Source: Gemmatimonadales bacterium
GTDB taxonomy: Bacteria > Gemmatimonadota > Gemmatimonadetes > Gemmatimonadales > GWC2-71-9
Assembly (NCBI GenBank): GCA_046262715.1
Contig: JBHEMG010000185.1
Span: forward strand, 2,425-66,424
Direction of reading: 5' to 3'
DNA length: 64,000 nucleotides
In this document: piece by piece, positions 25,985 through 34,362 of the stretch
Layout of the letters: every line of letters begins with the position of its first letter
Numbering within the stretch: the first letter of the stretch is position 1
The notes under the pieces: model-generated
Told to the model about the DNA's origin: nothing
The model's input: only the letters and a program-made list of their open reading frames with translations
The model's database searches: none
Made by a program: the position numbers and the translations under genes

Positions 25985-26986
25985 TTACAACGTGAGAGTC
26001 TCGCCGTGCGCGAGCTGGCGATAGCCGTCATGCGGCAACCCAGCCGCCGCCCAAGCGGTGCGCGCCCGAACCGGCGGCTCGTCCATGGCTTCATCGGTGA
26101 GCTTGAACGTGCCCCAGTGGATCGGCACCATGATCCGGGCGCTGACCGCCCGACACGCGTCGACCGCTTCCTCGGGATTCATGTGGACATAGCGCATGAA
26201 CCAGCGGGGCTCGTAGGCCCCAATTGGAAGCAGCGCGACGTCGAACGGCCCATACCGCTTCCCGATCGCGCCGAATTCGGGATGGTATCCCGTATCCCCG
26301 GCGAAGAACAGTCGACGTCCCGCGGTGGTGCTCAGGGCAAAGCCGCACCACAGGGTGTCCCCCCGGTCGCCGACGCCGCGGCTGCTGAAGTGCTGCGCCG
26401 GGGTGGCGGCGACACGCAGCGACTGCACGGTCGTTTCCTGCCACCAATCGAGCTCCACAATGGCGCTGCTCTGGATGCCACGCTTGCGCACGAACGCAGC
26501 GAGACCGATCGGCACGATCCACGCGGCGGCGGAATGCGTGCGCGCGAGCCGGCGCACGGTGTGGTCATCGAGATGATCGTAATGGTTGTGCGATTGCAGA
26601 ACCACATCGAGCGGCGGCAGATCCTCGAACGCGATCCCCGGCGCCACCCAGCGCCGCGGACCCGCGAAGGACACGGGTGAGGCGCGCTCGCTCCAGATCG
26701 GATCGGTCAGAATGTTGAGACCACCCAGCTGCAGCAACAGGCTCGAGTGACCCACCCAGGTGACGGTCGATAGGTATGCGGGGGCGCGGGGCGCCTGGAA
26801 GCGGGGCAGCGCGCGCGCGAACACGGATGGAGCGGGATCCCGGGGCCGTGGGCGCGTGGTGCGATGCACCAGCATCCACTTGAGGAGATTACCGAACCCC
26901 GGGACGGCTTCGGCAACCCATGGGTTGCGAAAGCCGCCGCCGGGTCGGTGATGCAATGGAAGGGCGGGCGCAGTCACGGCGCGCAA
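25985..26986 (-). CDS. MBL-fold metallo-hydrolase (NAPE-PLD-like)
   Basis: WVGHSSLLLQ...LQSHNHYDHLD metallo-beta-lactamase motif. Length 333 aa. Confidence 0.85.
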   Translation of the reverse strand: MRAVTAPALPLHHRPGGGFRNPWVAEAVPGFGNLLKWMLVHRTTRPRPRDPAPSVFARALPRFQAPRAPAYLSTVTWVGHSSLLLQLGGLNILTDPIWSERASPVSFAGPRRWVAPGIAFEDLPPLDVVLQSHNHYDHLDDHTVRRLARTHSAAAWIVPIGLAAFVRKRGIQSSAIVELDWWQETTVQSLRVAATPAQHFSSRGVGDRGDTLWCGFALSTTAGRRLFFAGDTGYHPEFGAIGKRYGPFDVALLPIGAYEPRWFMRYVHMNPEEAVDACRAVSARIMVPIHWGTFKLTDEAMDEPPVRARTAWAAAGLPHDGYRQLAHGETLTL

Positions 26987-27010
26987 TATAGCCGCGCCGT
27001 GACTCCCGTC

Positions 27011-28150
27011 TTAGTGTGACGACGAATCCGGGGCGACGTGAATGACGAGCGTGTCGGCCAGTGATCCACTCGTCGCGACGATGCGTCCCGTTCCCACGAT
27101 CTTGGATGTCACGCGGGCGATATGCGTGCTGTCGACATAGGTCGCCAAGCCGAGCACGTTCGTGTCGAGGTTCGACCAGGCAACGACCGCGGCCGTGTCT
27201 TGCTGGTGCTGTGCATTCACGACGAACGCCTCGAGCCGATTCGTGCTACCTAGCAACATCGACGTCGGGCCGTTGATCAAGACCGAACCCGTGAATGGAG
27301 ACAGTGTGACGTTGTGCGTCGTCTCCACGCCCCGGCTCACGGCCACGTTCGAGTCGAGCGAGGACCCGAAGCTGCTCCCGGATGGTGTATCGACGCCGAC
27401 GATGTATGTGCCGGGCAGGAGATACGCGAGCCGGTAATGGCCCGCCCCGTCGGTTTTCCCCGTCGAGAGCACGAACCAATTGGTCGGCCCTCCACCCCAG
27501 GCACTTACCGTCGCGTTGACGACCGGACCCGAGCCCTGCACGACGGTCCCGGCGATATCGCCGGTTGCCCCGCGGTTCACGGCACGAATTGCAGGAAAGA
27601 AGTCGAACGCTCGATCGCCGAGGTTGTTGTAGGCAAAGCTGCGGCCAACATCGAAGTCGATCACGATTACAGCGCCCGTGTCCGGCACGTTGATGGCGGC
27701 CTGCACGAAGGAGTGAATGGATTGCCGGCCGCCGCCGCCCCAGCGGACGACCGCAGGTGTGCCATTCGCGAAGTGGATGCCGGCCGAAGAGTCGGCGTCG
27801 ATCACGACCCGCACGGCCTTGTATTGGTCCGCCGTGACTTCGCTCGCCCCCAGCGAATCCGTGAGCCCGCTTTGCAGCGCCAGCAGATTCACCTGACGAT
27901 GCGGCTCGGCGATAGTGACCCAAGACATGCTGTCCGCGGAGCTGCCGGTGTCGGGCTGGGTCGACACGGCGATACTGATGATGTAGACCTCGACACGGTC
28001 CACCGAGTCGAACGGGAACGGATCATCGGTGAGCAGCACTTTGGCCAGCGGTTTCCGCCCGCCGGCCGGGCCGCTCGAATCAGCCTTGTAGCAGGCGGCT
28101 CCTAGCACAACGGAGATGACCAAGGCAGCGGTGAGTCTCGACATCGTCAC
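27011..28150 (-). CDS. DUF4382-type lipoprotein with carboxypeptidase-regulatory-like and Ig-like C-terminal regions
   Basis: Signal plus GAAC lipobox. The block KVLLTDDPFPFDSVDRVEVYIISIAV is typical of the DUF4382 start. GHYRLAYLLPGTYIV resembles a CarboxypepD_reg-like strand pair. Confidence 0.7.
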   Translation of the reverse strand: MTMSRLTAALVISVVLGAACYKADSSGPAGGRKPLAKVLLTDDPFPFDSVDRVEVYIISIAVSTQPDTGSSADSMSWVTIAEPHRQVNLLALQSGLTDSLGASEVTADQYKAVRVVIDADSSAGIHFANGTPAVVRWGGGGRQSIHSFVQAAINVPDTGAVIVIDFDVGRSFAYNNLGDRAFDFFPAIRAVNRGATGDIAGTVVQGSGPVVNATVSAWGGGPTNWFVLSTGKTDGAGHYRLAYLLPGTYIVGVDTPSGSSFGSSLDSNVAVSRGVETTHNVTLSPFTGSVLINGPTSMLLGSTNRLEAFVVNAQHQQDTAAVVAWSNLDTNVLGLATYVDSTHIARVTSKIVGTGRIVATSGSLADTLVIHVAPDSSSH

Positions 28151-28227
28151 AATCCTCCGGAGGGTGTTGCGCAGGGCGATCTCTTGCGTTGAATACCCGC
28201 ATGACTCTCCGCGGCGTCACAGCTCCG

Positions 28228-28283
28228 ATCTCTGCAACTTGCAACTCTAATCTCTGCAACTTGCAACTTGTGACTTGGAACTT
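28228..28283 (+). repeat. Direct-repeat array upstream of the ECF sigma gene
   Basis: The 19-bp sequence ATCTCTGCAACTTGCAACT occurs perfectly twice (28228-28246 and 28250-28268). At heptamer scale the array reads GCAACTT GCAACTC (28234-28247), then GCAACTT GCAACTT GTGACTT GGAACTT (28256-28283). Confidence 0.85.
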
Positions 28284-28289
28284 GGACGC

Positions 28290-28844
28290 ATGGGTATAGA
28301 CAAGGTGGAAAGCGACACTGAGCTGGTGCGCCGGGTCCGGGCCGGTGACATCGGGGCGTACGGAGCTCTGGTGGCGCGCTATCGCGACCGGCTCGGTCGC
28401 TACGCGACCCATATGCTCGGCGATCGTGAAGACGCCGAAGAAGCGCTCCAAGACAGCTTTGTCCGCGCCTACCGCTCGCTGCCACGCTGCGACGATCCGG
28501 CCCGCTTCGGCGCGTGGTTGTACGGGATCCTCGTCAACCGTTGCCGGACTAGCGGAGCGCGCGCCGCACGTCGCCGCCGGTTGTTTGTGCAGGACAGCGA
28601 GGCGCTGCAGGGCGCCACGCATCCGGACCAGCTGGAACGACTCGAATGGACCGACGCGGTGGATCGCGCTCTCGCGCGTCTCGGTCCCGAATACCGTGAG
28701 GCGTTTCTTCTCAAGCACGTCGAAGACTTGGAATACGAGCAGATCGCCGAGTTGACTGGTGCGGGAGTTTCCGCGCTCAAGATGCGGGTGAAGCGCGCCC
28801 GCGAACAGCTGCAGAAGTTTCTCAGAGAGGCCGAGCATGTTTGA
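28290..28844 (+). CDS. ECF-type RNA polymerase sigma-70 family factor
   Basis: ORF 28275..28844. Region 2 (DAEEALQDSFVRAYRSL...FGAWLYGILVNRC) and region 4 (YREAFLLKHVEDLEYEQIAELTGAGVSALKMRVKRAREQL). The start may be TTG 28275, ATG 28290 or GTG 28305. Confidence 0.85.
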   Translation: MGIDKVESDTELVRRVRAGDIGAYGALVARYRDRLGRYATHMLGDREDAEEALQDSFVRAYRSLPRCDDPARFGAWLYGILVNRCRTSGARAARRRRLFVQDSEALQGATHPDQLERLEWTDAVDRALARLGPEYREAFLLKHVEDLEYEQIAELTGAGVSALKMRVKRAREQLQKFLREAEHV

Positions 28845-29331
28845 CCACGAAGACGACATCGTCGAACGGGTGATTCGTCAGCTGCGCCGGCCCGTCTCAA
28901 TGGACCCGAGCCTGGACGCGCGCGTGATGGACGCGATCATCGCGGATCCGCGGCAGCAGGCGCCACCGCGCCCGGTGCGGCGCGTGTGGCCGTGGCTCGC
29001 CGTAGCGGCTGCGCTCACCGGTCTTCTCGTTGCACGTCCATGGTCGCGCGGCGCCGCCAGTCCCGATGCCTTTCAGTTCGTTTTGGTGGCGCCCCAAGCC
29101 GCGACGGTCTCGCTCGTCGGTGACTCCAACGATTGGGATCCCGCGCGCGCGCCGATGCGGACCGCGCACGGCGTTTGGGCGACGGTCGTACCGCTCCACC
29201 CGGGGCGGTATCGCTACGCGTTTCTCGTGAATGGCGTGGAGTGGCGGGCCGATCCTGCCGCTCCGCACGCAATCGATGACGAGTTCGGCACACCGAGCTC
29301 GGTCGTTACCGTCGGAGGAAAAGGCTCATGA
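28837..29331 (+). CDS. Single-pass membrane protein with an extracytoplasmic CBM48/AMPK-beta glycogen-binding-like domain; positional candidate anti-sigma factor
   Basis: 8-nt overlap with the sigma gene. TM segment VWPWLAVAAALTGLLVA. The C-terminal VSLVGDSNDWDPARAPM...HGVWATVVPLHPGRYRYAFLVNGVEWRADP matches the E-set/CBM48 pattern. There is no zf-HC2 motif. Confidence 0.65.
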   Translation: MFDHEDDIVERVIRQLRRPVSMDPSLDARVMDAIIADPRQQAPPRPVRRVWPWLAVAAALTGLLVARPWSRGAASPDAFQFVLVAPQAATVSLVGDSNDWDPARAPMRTAHGVWATVVPLHPGRYRYAFLVNGVEWRADPAAPHAIDDEFGTPSSVVTVGGKGS

Positions 29332-29903
29332 TGCTCGCCGCGCTGTTGGTGGTTTTGCAGGTCGCCGCGCCGGACCCTCGGTTCGGGCGCCTCGATCCCG
29401 TTACGCGCGCCGCCGTCGTTGTGGTAATGGACTCCGCGCGTAGCGCCGGTCTCCCGGGCGAGCCGCTGCTGCAACGCGCGCTCGAAGGCGCGACCAAGGG
29501 CGCTCCCGGTCCGCGCATCATCGCCGCCGTGCGCCGGCTCGCCGCCGATCTGGGCATGGCGCGCCTCGCGCTCGGTGAGCGGGTCACCACACCGGAGCTG
29601 GAAGCGGCCGTCGCCGCGCTGCGCGCCGGGGCGACGCCGCAGCTCCTGGCCAATCTCCGCCACGTGCGCCGCCCACCTTTGACGATGGCGCTCTCGGTGC
29701 TGGCCGATCTCGTGGCGAGCGGCGTCCCCGCCGACAGCGCGGCGGCCGCGGTGCTCGCGCTCGCTCCCAACGCACGCGATGCGGACCTCGTCGAATTCCG
29801 CCGCGCGGTCGATCGCGACATTGCACTTGGCGCACTGCCTGCGGCTGCCGCATCGGTGCGTCTGAACGCCGGTGCCTTTACCGCTCTTCCCGGCCGACCG
29901 TAG
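29328..29903 (+). CDS. Hypothetical secreted Ala/Leu-rich protein
   Basis: ATGA overlap with the upstream gene. N-terminal MMLAALLVVLQVAAP. I recognise no family. Confidence 0.55.
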   Translation: MMLAALLVVLQVAAPDPRFGRLDPVTRAAVVVVMDSARSAGLPGEPLLQRALEGATKGAPGPRIIAAVRRLAADLGMARLALGERVTTPELEAAVAALRAGATPQLLANLRHVRRPPLTMALSVLADLVASGVPADSAAAAVLALAPNARDADLVEFRRAVDRDIALGALPAAAASVRLNAGAFTALPGRP

Positions 29904-29915
29904 TCGGCGCGAGCC

Positions 29916-31046
29916 GTGCGGACGCTCGCCCTCATTGCATTCGCGTGTGGTGCTGCCGCGTATCCCGCACGGTCGCAAACCGCTGTGACGGTCGATGCCG
30001 GTGTGTCGGCAGTCCACTACGATGGATTTCTGAGTTCGAGCGCCGGCTCGGTGACACCCGCGGTGCGGTGGGAGCACCCACGCGGATCGTTGAGCGCGCG
30101 CGCCACCTACCTGCGCTTTGAGAGTGGGCGGTACAGCCTGGGAACTTCGGTGAACGGGTTCTGGCTCGCGCCGATTGCACGCCATTGGCGCGGCGAGCTG
30201 GGATTCGACGCGGGCGCCAGCGACTACGCCAACGTTGCGAACTTCAGTCACGGCGCAGTGGACGCGCGCCTGCATGTGTCCGACGCAGGGCGTGGCGGCT
30301 GGATCGGCGCAGCGGTGGGACGCGCATCGCTCGGTGCCGGTGTCCGTCCTTTCACCGTCGTCGCGGCCGGCGCCTGGCTGCTGCGTTCCCACATCACTCT
30401 TCTCGCGTCTCTGGACCGATCGTTCGTTGGAGACACTACCTACAGCGACTTGCGCTCGGCGGCGCGCGTGCAGCGGCTAGGGGTGCTCTTTGAAGCAGCG
30501 GTTGGCGCGCGGGTGTTGAGTCGTGGCGGGGGGCGCGGCGTCTACGGAGAAGGAAGCGCAACCGTGCCGCTCGGAATGTGGACGGCGCTGGTCTTATCGG
30601 CTGGCCGCTATCCTACCGATGCCGTGAGCGGAAGCATTGCGGGGCGCTACGTAACCGCGGCGCTGCGTCTCGGCACTTCCGCTTCCAGCCAACCGGCGGC
30701 GCATCGCCTGCCCGAGGACTTCCTCGCGAGTAGCCATTCACACGGATCACCTGTTGCGCCATCGCTCTGGCTCGAGCTGCAGATGCATGGCGATGACGTG
30801 CGACTCACGGTCCATGCATCGGACGCCGCGGCCGTCGATATCAGTGGGGACTTTACCGACTGGCGGCCCGTGCCGTTGCATCGAAATCCTGCGGTGGACG
30901 GCGCATGGGAAGGAACGTTTCGAATGGAGCGAGGCATCCATCGGGTCAACGTGCGCCGCGACGGGGGCCCATGGATCGCTCCCGCCGGCACGACGCGCAC
31001 TGCCGACGACTACGACGGCGAGGTCGGCCTCTTCTTGCTTCCCTGA
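29916..31046 (+). CDS. Secreted protein: beta-rich N-terminal region (possible outer-membrane barrel) plus a C-terminal CBM48-like domain
   Basis: GTG start, signal MRTLALIAFACGAAAYPARSQT, and alternating-hydrophobic segments. The C-terminal VDISGDFTDWRPVPLHRNPAVDGAWEGTFRMERGIHRVNVRRDGGPW is paralogous in pattern to the domain in 28837..29331. Confidence 0.6.
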   Translation: MRTLALIAFACGAAAYPARSQTAVTVDAGVSAVHYDGFLSSSAGSVTPAVRWEHPRGSLSARATYLRFESGRYSLGTSVNGFWLAPIARHWRGELGFDAGASDYANVANFSHGAVDARLHVSDAGRGGWIGAAVGRASLGAGVRPFTVVAAGAWLLRSHITLLASLDRSFVGDTTYSDLRSAARVQRLGVLFEAAVGARVLSRGGGRGVYGEGSATVPLGMWTALVLSAGRYPTDAVSGSIAGRYVTAALRLGTSASSQPAAHRLPEDFLASSHSHGSPVAPSLWLELQMHGDDVRLTVHASDAAAVDISGDFTDWRPVPLHRNPAVDGAWEGTFRMERGIHRVNVRRDGGPWIAPAGTTRTADDYDGEVGLFLLP

Positions 31047-31064
31047 GTCGGTTTAGCGATGCGG

Positions 31065-32249
31065 CTAGAGACCGGTCCGGCGACGCAACGTCATCATTGC
31101 CCAGATACCGAATGCTGGTCCGATCGCCAATACGCTCATGCTCCATCGCCAGCCGATGTGCGATGCGACGACCGGCAGCAAGTAAATCGTCGCGCATGTC
31201 ACCAGAAAGCCGAGACTCGTTTGGAGTGTCAGCGCGGTGCCGACGTACTCAGGCGGCGCAAGCTCGCTCACCGCTGCCGAGAATTGCGCGGAATCAGCGA
31301 CGACAGTGACGCCCCACACGAGCAGCAACGGAAGCAGGATGGCGAGCGGCGACCCGAAGAGGAACCCGACCACCAGCGCGCAGCTCCCGGACACAAGCAT
31401 CGCCGCACTCGTGACGAGACTGCGACCCCAGCGGTCGGCGTACCTTCCCCCAAGCCAGCAACCGATCGCACCAGTGCCCACCACGCCGAACGTCACGAGT
31501 GCGGCGAGCGCCGCGACGTCGGCCTGCGGGCCCCGTCGCGCATGCTCGCTCGCGGCGACGAACGCCGCCATCCAGGTCCACATGGCGTAGAGCTCCCACA
31601 TGTGACCGAGATATCCGAGGTTAGCGAGCGCCACCGCGCGGTCGCCTAGAATCCGCGGAACGGCGGCGAGCGAGAAGCGCGCTGACGGAGCCGCATATGG
31701 GCCATCATCGGGAACGAGGAGCACCAGAAGCCCGCCAAAGGCCGCGCTGCAGGCGGCGACGACCAGGACGGTGCGCCACGCGGAAGCAGCGATCGCCCAG
31801 CGCACGAGGTGCGGGCTCGCCGAGCCGAGGGTGAGCGCACCAACCAGAACGCCGATCGCCACTCCTCTTCCTTCTTTGAACCAGCCCGCGGCGATCTTCA
31901 TCCCCGGGGGATAGACCCCAGCGAGGGCAGCGCCTGTGAGCAGCCGACACGCGATGCCCATCGTAATACCGCGTGAGGCAGCCACGCCGACCGTGGCGAC
32001 GGCCGCGAGGACCGCCGATACCGCCACCAGACGGCGCGAAGACACGCGATCGGCGAGGGTGAGGATGGCACTTATGAGCGCCCCGGCGACGAAGCCGAGT
32101 TGGACGGAGATCGTGAGCCACGCCGTGGCCGCGGGGGACAGCTGCCACGCGTGGGCCAAAACAGGAGCGACGGCAGAAGCACTGAACCACGGAGCCATCG
32201 CGAGGAGTACAGCGACAGCGAGTATCAACAGGACCCTACGCGGGCTCAC
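31065..32249 (-). CDS. MFS transporter
   Basis: This is the C-terminal 395 aa of ORF 31065..32792, with many TM segments. GTG 32249 overlaps the Nif3 stop (GTGA). The longer extension overlaps the Nif3 gene out of frame. Confidence 0.8.
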   Translation of the reverse strand: MSPRRVLLILAVAVLLAMAPWFSASAVAPVLAHAWQLSPAATAWLTISVQLGFVAGALISAILTLADRVSSRRLVAVSAVLAAVATVGVAASRGITMGIACRLLTGAALAGVYPPGMKIAAGWFKEGRGVAIGVLVGALTLGSASPHLVRWAIAASAWRTVLVVAACSAAFGGLLVLLVPDDGPYAAPSARFSLAAVPRILGDRAVALANLGYLGHMWELYAMWTWMAAFVAASEHARRGPQADVAALAALVTFGVVGTGAIGCWLGGRYADRWGRSLVTSAAMLVSGSCALVVGFLFGSPLAILLPLLLVWGVTVVADSAQFSAAVSELAPPEYVGTALTLQTSLGFLVTCATIYLLPVVASHIGWRWSMSVLAIGPAFGIWAMMTLRRRTGL

Positions 32250-33001
32250 AAGCCCGTAGGATGATCCAGAAACACCCAGGGCAGGTCGAACTTCTTGGAG
32301 AGATGCTCCGCCAAAGCCTTCACACCAACCGTCTCGGTCGCGTAGTGTCCAGCGTAGAGCGCGTTGATTCCCAATTCTTCGGCATCGAAGAACGTCCAGT
32401 GCTGCCCTTCTCCGGTGATATACGTGTCGAGCCCCGCGGCAGCGGCTTGCGGAATGAGCGCTCCGCCCGCGCCCGTGACGACGCCGACGCGTTGCACACG
32501 CTCTGGCCCGAATGGAAAGACGCGTGGGGCCGCGCCGAGTGCTTTCGTGAGCGCCCAACACAGCTCGTCGCGGGTGCCGCTGTACTCGCCCCAGACACCG
32601 ATGGGCGCGCCGTGATAGGAGCCGAACTCGCCACGGATCGTTATTCCGAGGAGCCGCGCCAAAATCGTGTTGTTGCCGACATCCGGATGACGATCGAGAG
32701 GAAGGTGGGCGGCGTAGAGCGCGATGTTTCCTTTGATCAGTCCCACGAGGCGCCGGTAGGCGGGACCGACCAGCGGCCGCGGCCCACCCCAAAAAAGACC
32801 ATGGTGAACGAGCAGAAGATCTGCGCGCTGATTCAGGGCGAGCCGGACCGTGGCTTCACAGACATCGACGGCCGCAGCCAGCCGCGTCGTTTCGCCCGAA
32901 TTGCCCACTTGGAGCCCATTCAGGGATTCGGGGGCATCAGCCACTTCGTCACGAATCCGGAGATATTCGTCCAGGTATTGGACAACAGTGTCCAAGCGCA
33001 T
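32246..33001 (-). CDS. Nif3-like dinuclear metal centre protein (YbgI/YqfO, GTP cyclohydrolase 1 type 2 homologue)
   Basis: NGLQVGNSGE...LLLVHHGLFWGG...YITGEGQHW...ALYAGHYATE. Confidence 0.85.
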   Translation of the reverse strand: MRLDTVVQYLDEYLRIRDEVADAPESLNGLQVGNSGETTRLAAAVDVCEATVRLALNQRADLLLVHHGLFWGGPRPLVGPAYRRLVGLIKGNIALYAAHLPLDRHPDVGNNTILARLLGITIRGEFGSYHGAPIGVWGEYSGTRDELCWALTKALGAAPRVFPFGPERVQRVGVVTGAGGALIPQAAAAGLDTYITGEGQHWTFFDAEELGINALYAGHYATETVGVKALAEHLSKKFDLPWVFLDHPTGL

Positions 33002-33040
33002 TACGACACCGTTATCACAGTATCAAGACAGATCAGAGTT

Positions 33041-33124
33041 TTTTCCACATGGGGGGATGGGTTAAGTCTATCTGTGACAATTACTTGACTAATCCACATA
33101 CCAACGTCCCGATCGTGTGGATAT
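33041..33124. promoter_or_regulatory. Cluster of DnaA-box-like 9-mers in the bactofilin/nif3 intergenic region
   Basis: TTTTCCACA at 33041-33049 (+), TAATCCACA at 33090-33098 (+), and TGTGGATAT at 33116-33124 (equal to ATATCCACA on the minus strand). Each is an 8/9 match to TTATCCACA, and the last two form an inverted pair with a 17-bp spacer. Confidence 0.4.
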
Positions 33125-33544
33125 CTACGCCCGCGCCAAAGAGGCCTGCCCGCGGGTAGCCTGCGGCGCTTGGCCCGCGTCTTCGCCCATCCGCAGGACG
33201 CCGTTGATCTCGCCACCCTCTTGGATCAACAGGCGTTTGGTGTGCACGTCGCCGTGCACGACACTGGTGGCTTGGAGCTCGACCCGCTCCTCGGCATAGA
33301 TCGCCCCGCGCACCTCGCCGCCGATGATTGCTTCGCGGCTCACGACGTCGCCTTCGACTTCCCCGCCCCGCGCTACGAGCACTTGCTTGGCGGCGCGCAC
33401 GGTGCCGTTCACGGAGCCTTCGATTTTTACGACGCCGTCGGCCGAGATGTCGCCCACGACGCGCATGCCGGCGCCGATGATCGAGAGCCCGGGAACGCCT
33501 TCGCGCCCACCGGCGCTCGTGCCTTTTTCGGTGAACACCGCCAT
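33125..33544 (-). CDS. Bactofilin (polymer-forming cytoskeletal protein, CcmA family)
   Basis: Repetitive beta-helix pattern: IIGAGMRVVGDISADGVVKIEGSVNGTVRAAKQVLVARGGEVEGDVVSREAIIGGEVRGAIYA. Confidence 0.85.
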   Translation of the reverse strand: MAVFTEKGTSAGGREGVPGLSIIGAGMRVVGDISADGVVKIEGSVNGTVRAAKQVLVARGGEVEGDVVSREAIIGGEVRGAIYAEERVELQATSVVHGDVHTKRLLIQEGGEINGVLRMGEDAGQAPQATRGQASLARA

Positions 33545-34362
33545 CAGTGCGTTCCTCCCTGTTTTACCATGTCCATCGGATCGATCGATTTGCCGTCGTG
33601 GCGAATTTCGAAATGCAGGTGCGGCGCGGTGGAGCGGCCCGAATTCCCCGACAAGCCGATCACTTGCCCTGCCTGAACATTGTCGCCCTCGGCTGCCAGG
33701 AGCCGTGACGTGTGACCATACATCGTCTCATAGCCGGACGGGTGCCGCAAGAGCACGAACAACCCATAGTCGGGATCGTAGCCGGCGGCCGTCACCCTTC
33801 CCCCTCCCGAGGCCCGTACCGGCGTACTGATCGGCACGGCAATGTCGATGCCGGGATGAGACTCATCGAGCACGCCAGGCCGGATCTGCCCGCGGGTGAC
33901 GAATCCCGCGACATCGAGCGGCCAGTGCGACGGCACGGAGGCGCCGAGCTCGTACGCGGTCAAGGCTCCCGGGAGCGACGCCCGGATCGCGACGGCACGC
34001 ATCGTCGTGCTCAGATCACTGCTGCGCGCCACCGTTCCCCCGCTGCGCGTCACGGGCGGTGCCTTCACACCCAGCATTTGGCGCAGCTCCTGGTAATTCG
34101 CCTCGGCGCGGTTCAATGCCGAAGCAAGCTGTTGGACGCGGCTGTTCTCGACGCGCAGCCGCGAGACTTCACGCTCCAAGACCGGCGCGCGCGCGGCGTT
34201 TCGCGCGATCGGCCCCGCAAATGCGAAGAACAGGACGATCAGGATCGCGACCGCCAACGCGCCCCACTTCCCCGCCATGACCGCCCAGCGCGGGAAACGG
34301 TACTGTTTGGATTCGAGGTCGCCGTCCGCGTGGACGACGATGGTGACGCCCCGCGTGGTCAT
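33544..34362 (-). CDS. M23 family metallopeptidase (LytM-type) with an N-terminal TM and coiled-coil region
   Basis: HPGIDIAVPISTPVRA...YGHTS...GNSGRSTAPHLHFEI. Its stop shares 1 nt with the bactofilin ATG (TGATG). Confidence 0.9.
   Translation of the reverse strand: MTTRGVTIVVHADGDLESKQYRFPRWAVMAGKWGALAVAILIVLFFAFAGPIARNAARAPVLEREVSRLRVENSRVQQLASALNRAEANYQELRQMLGVKAPPVTRSGGTVARSSDLSTTMRAVAIRASLPGALTAYELGASVPSHWPLDVAGFVTRGQIRPGVLDESHPGIDIAVPISTPVRASGGGRVTAAGYDPDYGLFVLLRHPSGYETMYGHTSRLLAAEGDNVQAGQVIGLSGNSGRSTAPHLHFEIRHDGKSIDPMDMVKQGGTH

Noticed and set aside
33002-33124. Calling this region oriC outright.
   Set aside because: It is only 123 bp with three near-consensus boxes, no clear AT-rich unwinding element and no dnaA/dnaN in the window. 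I report it as a DnaA-box cluster that needs whole-replicon evidence.
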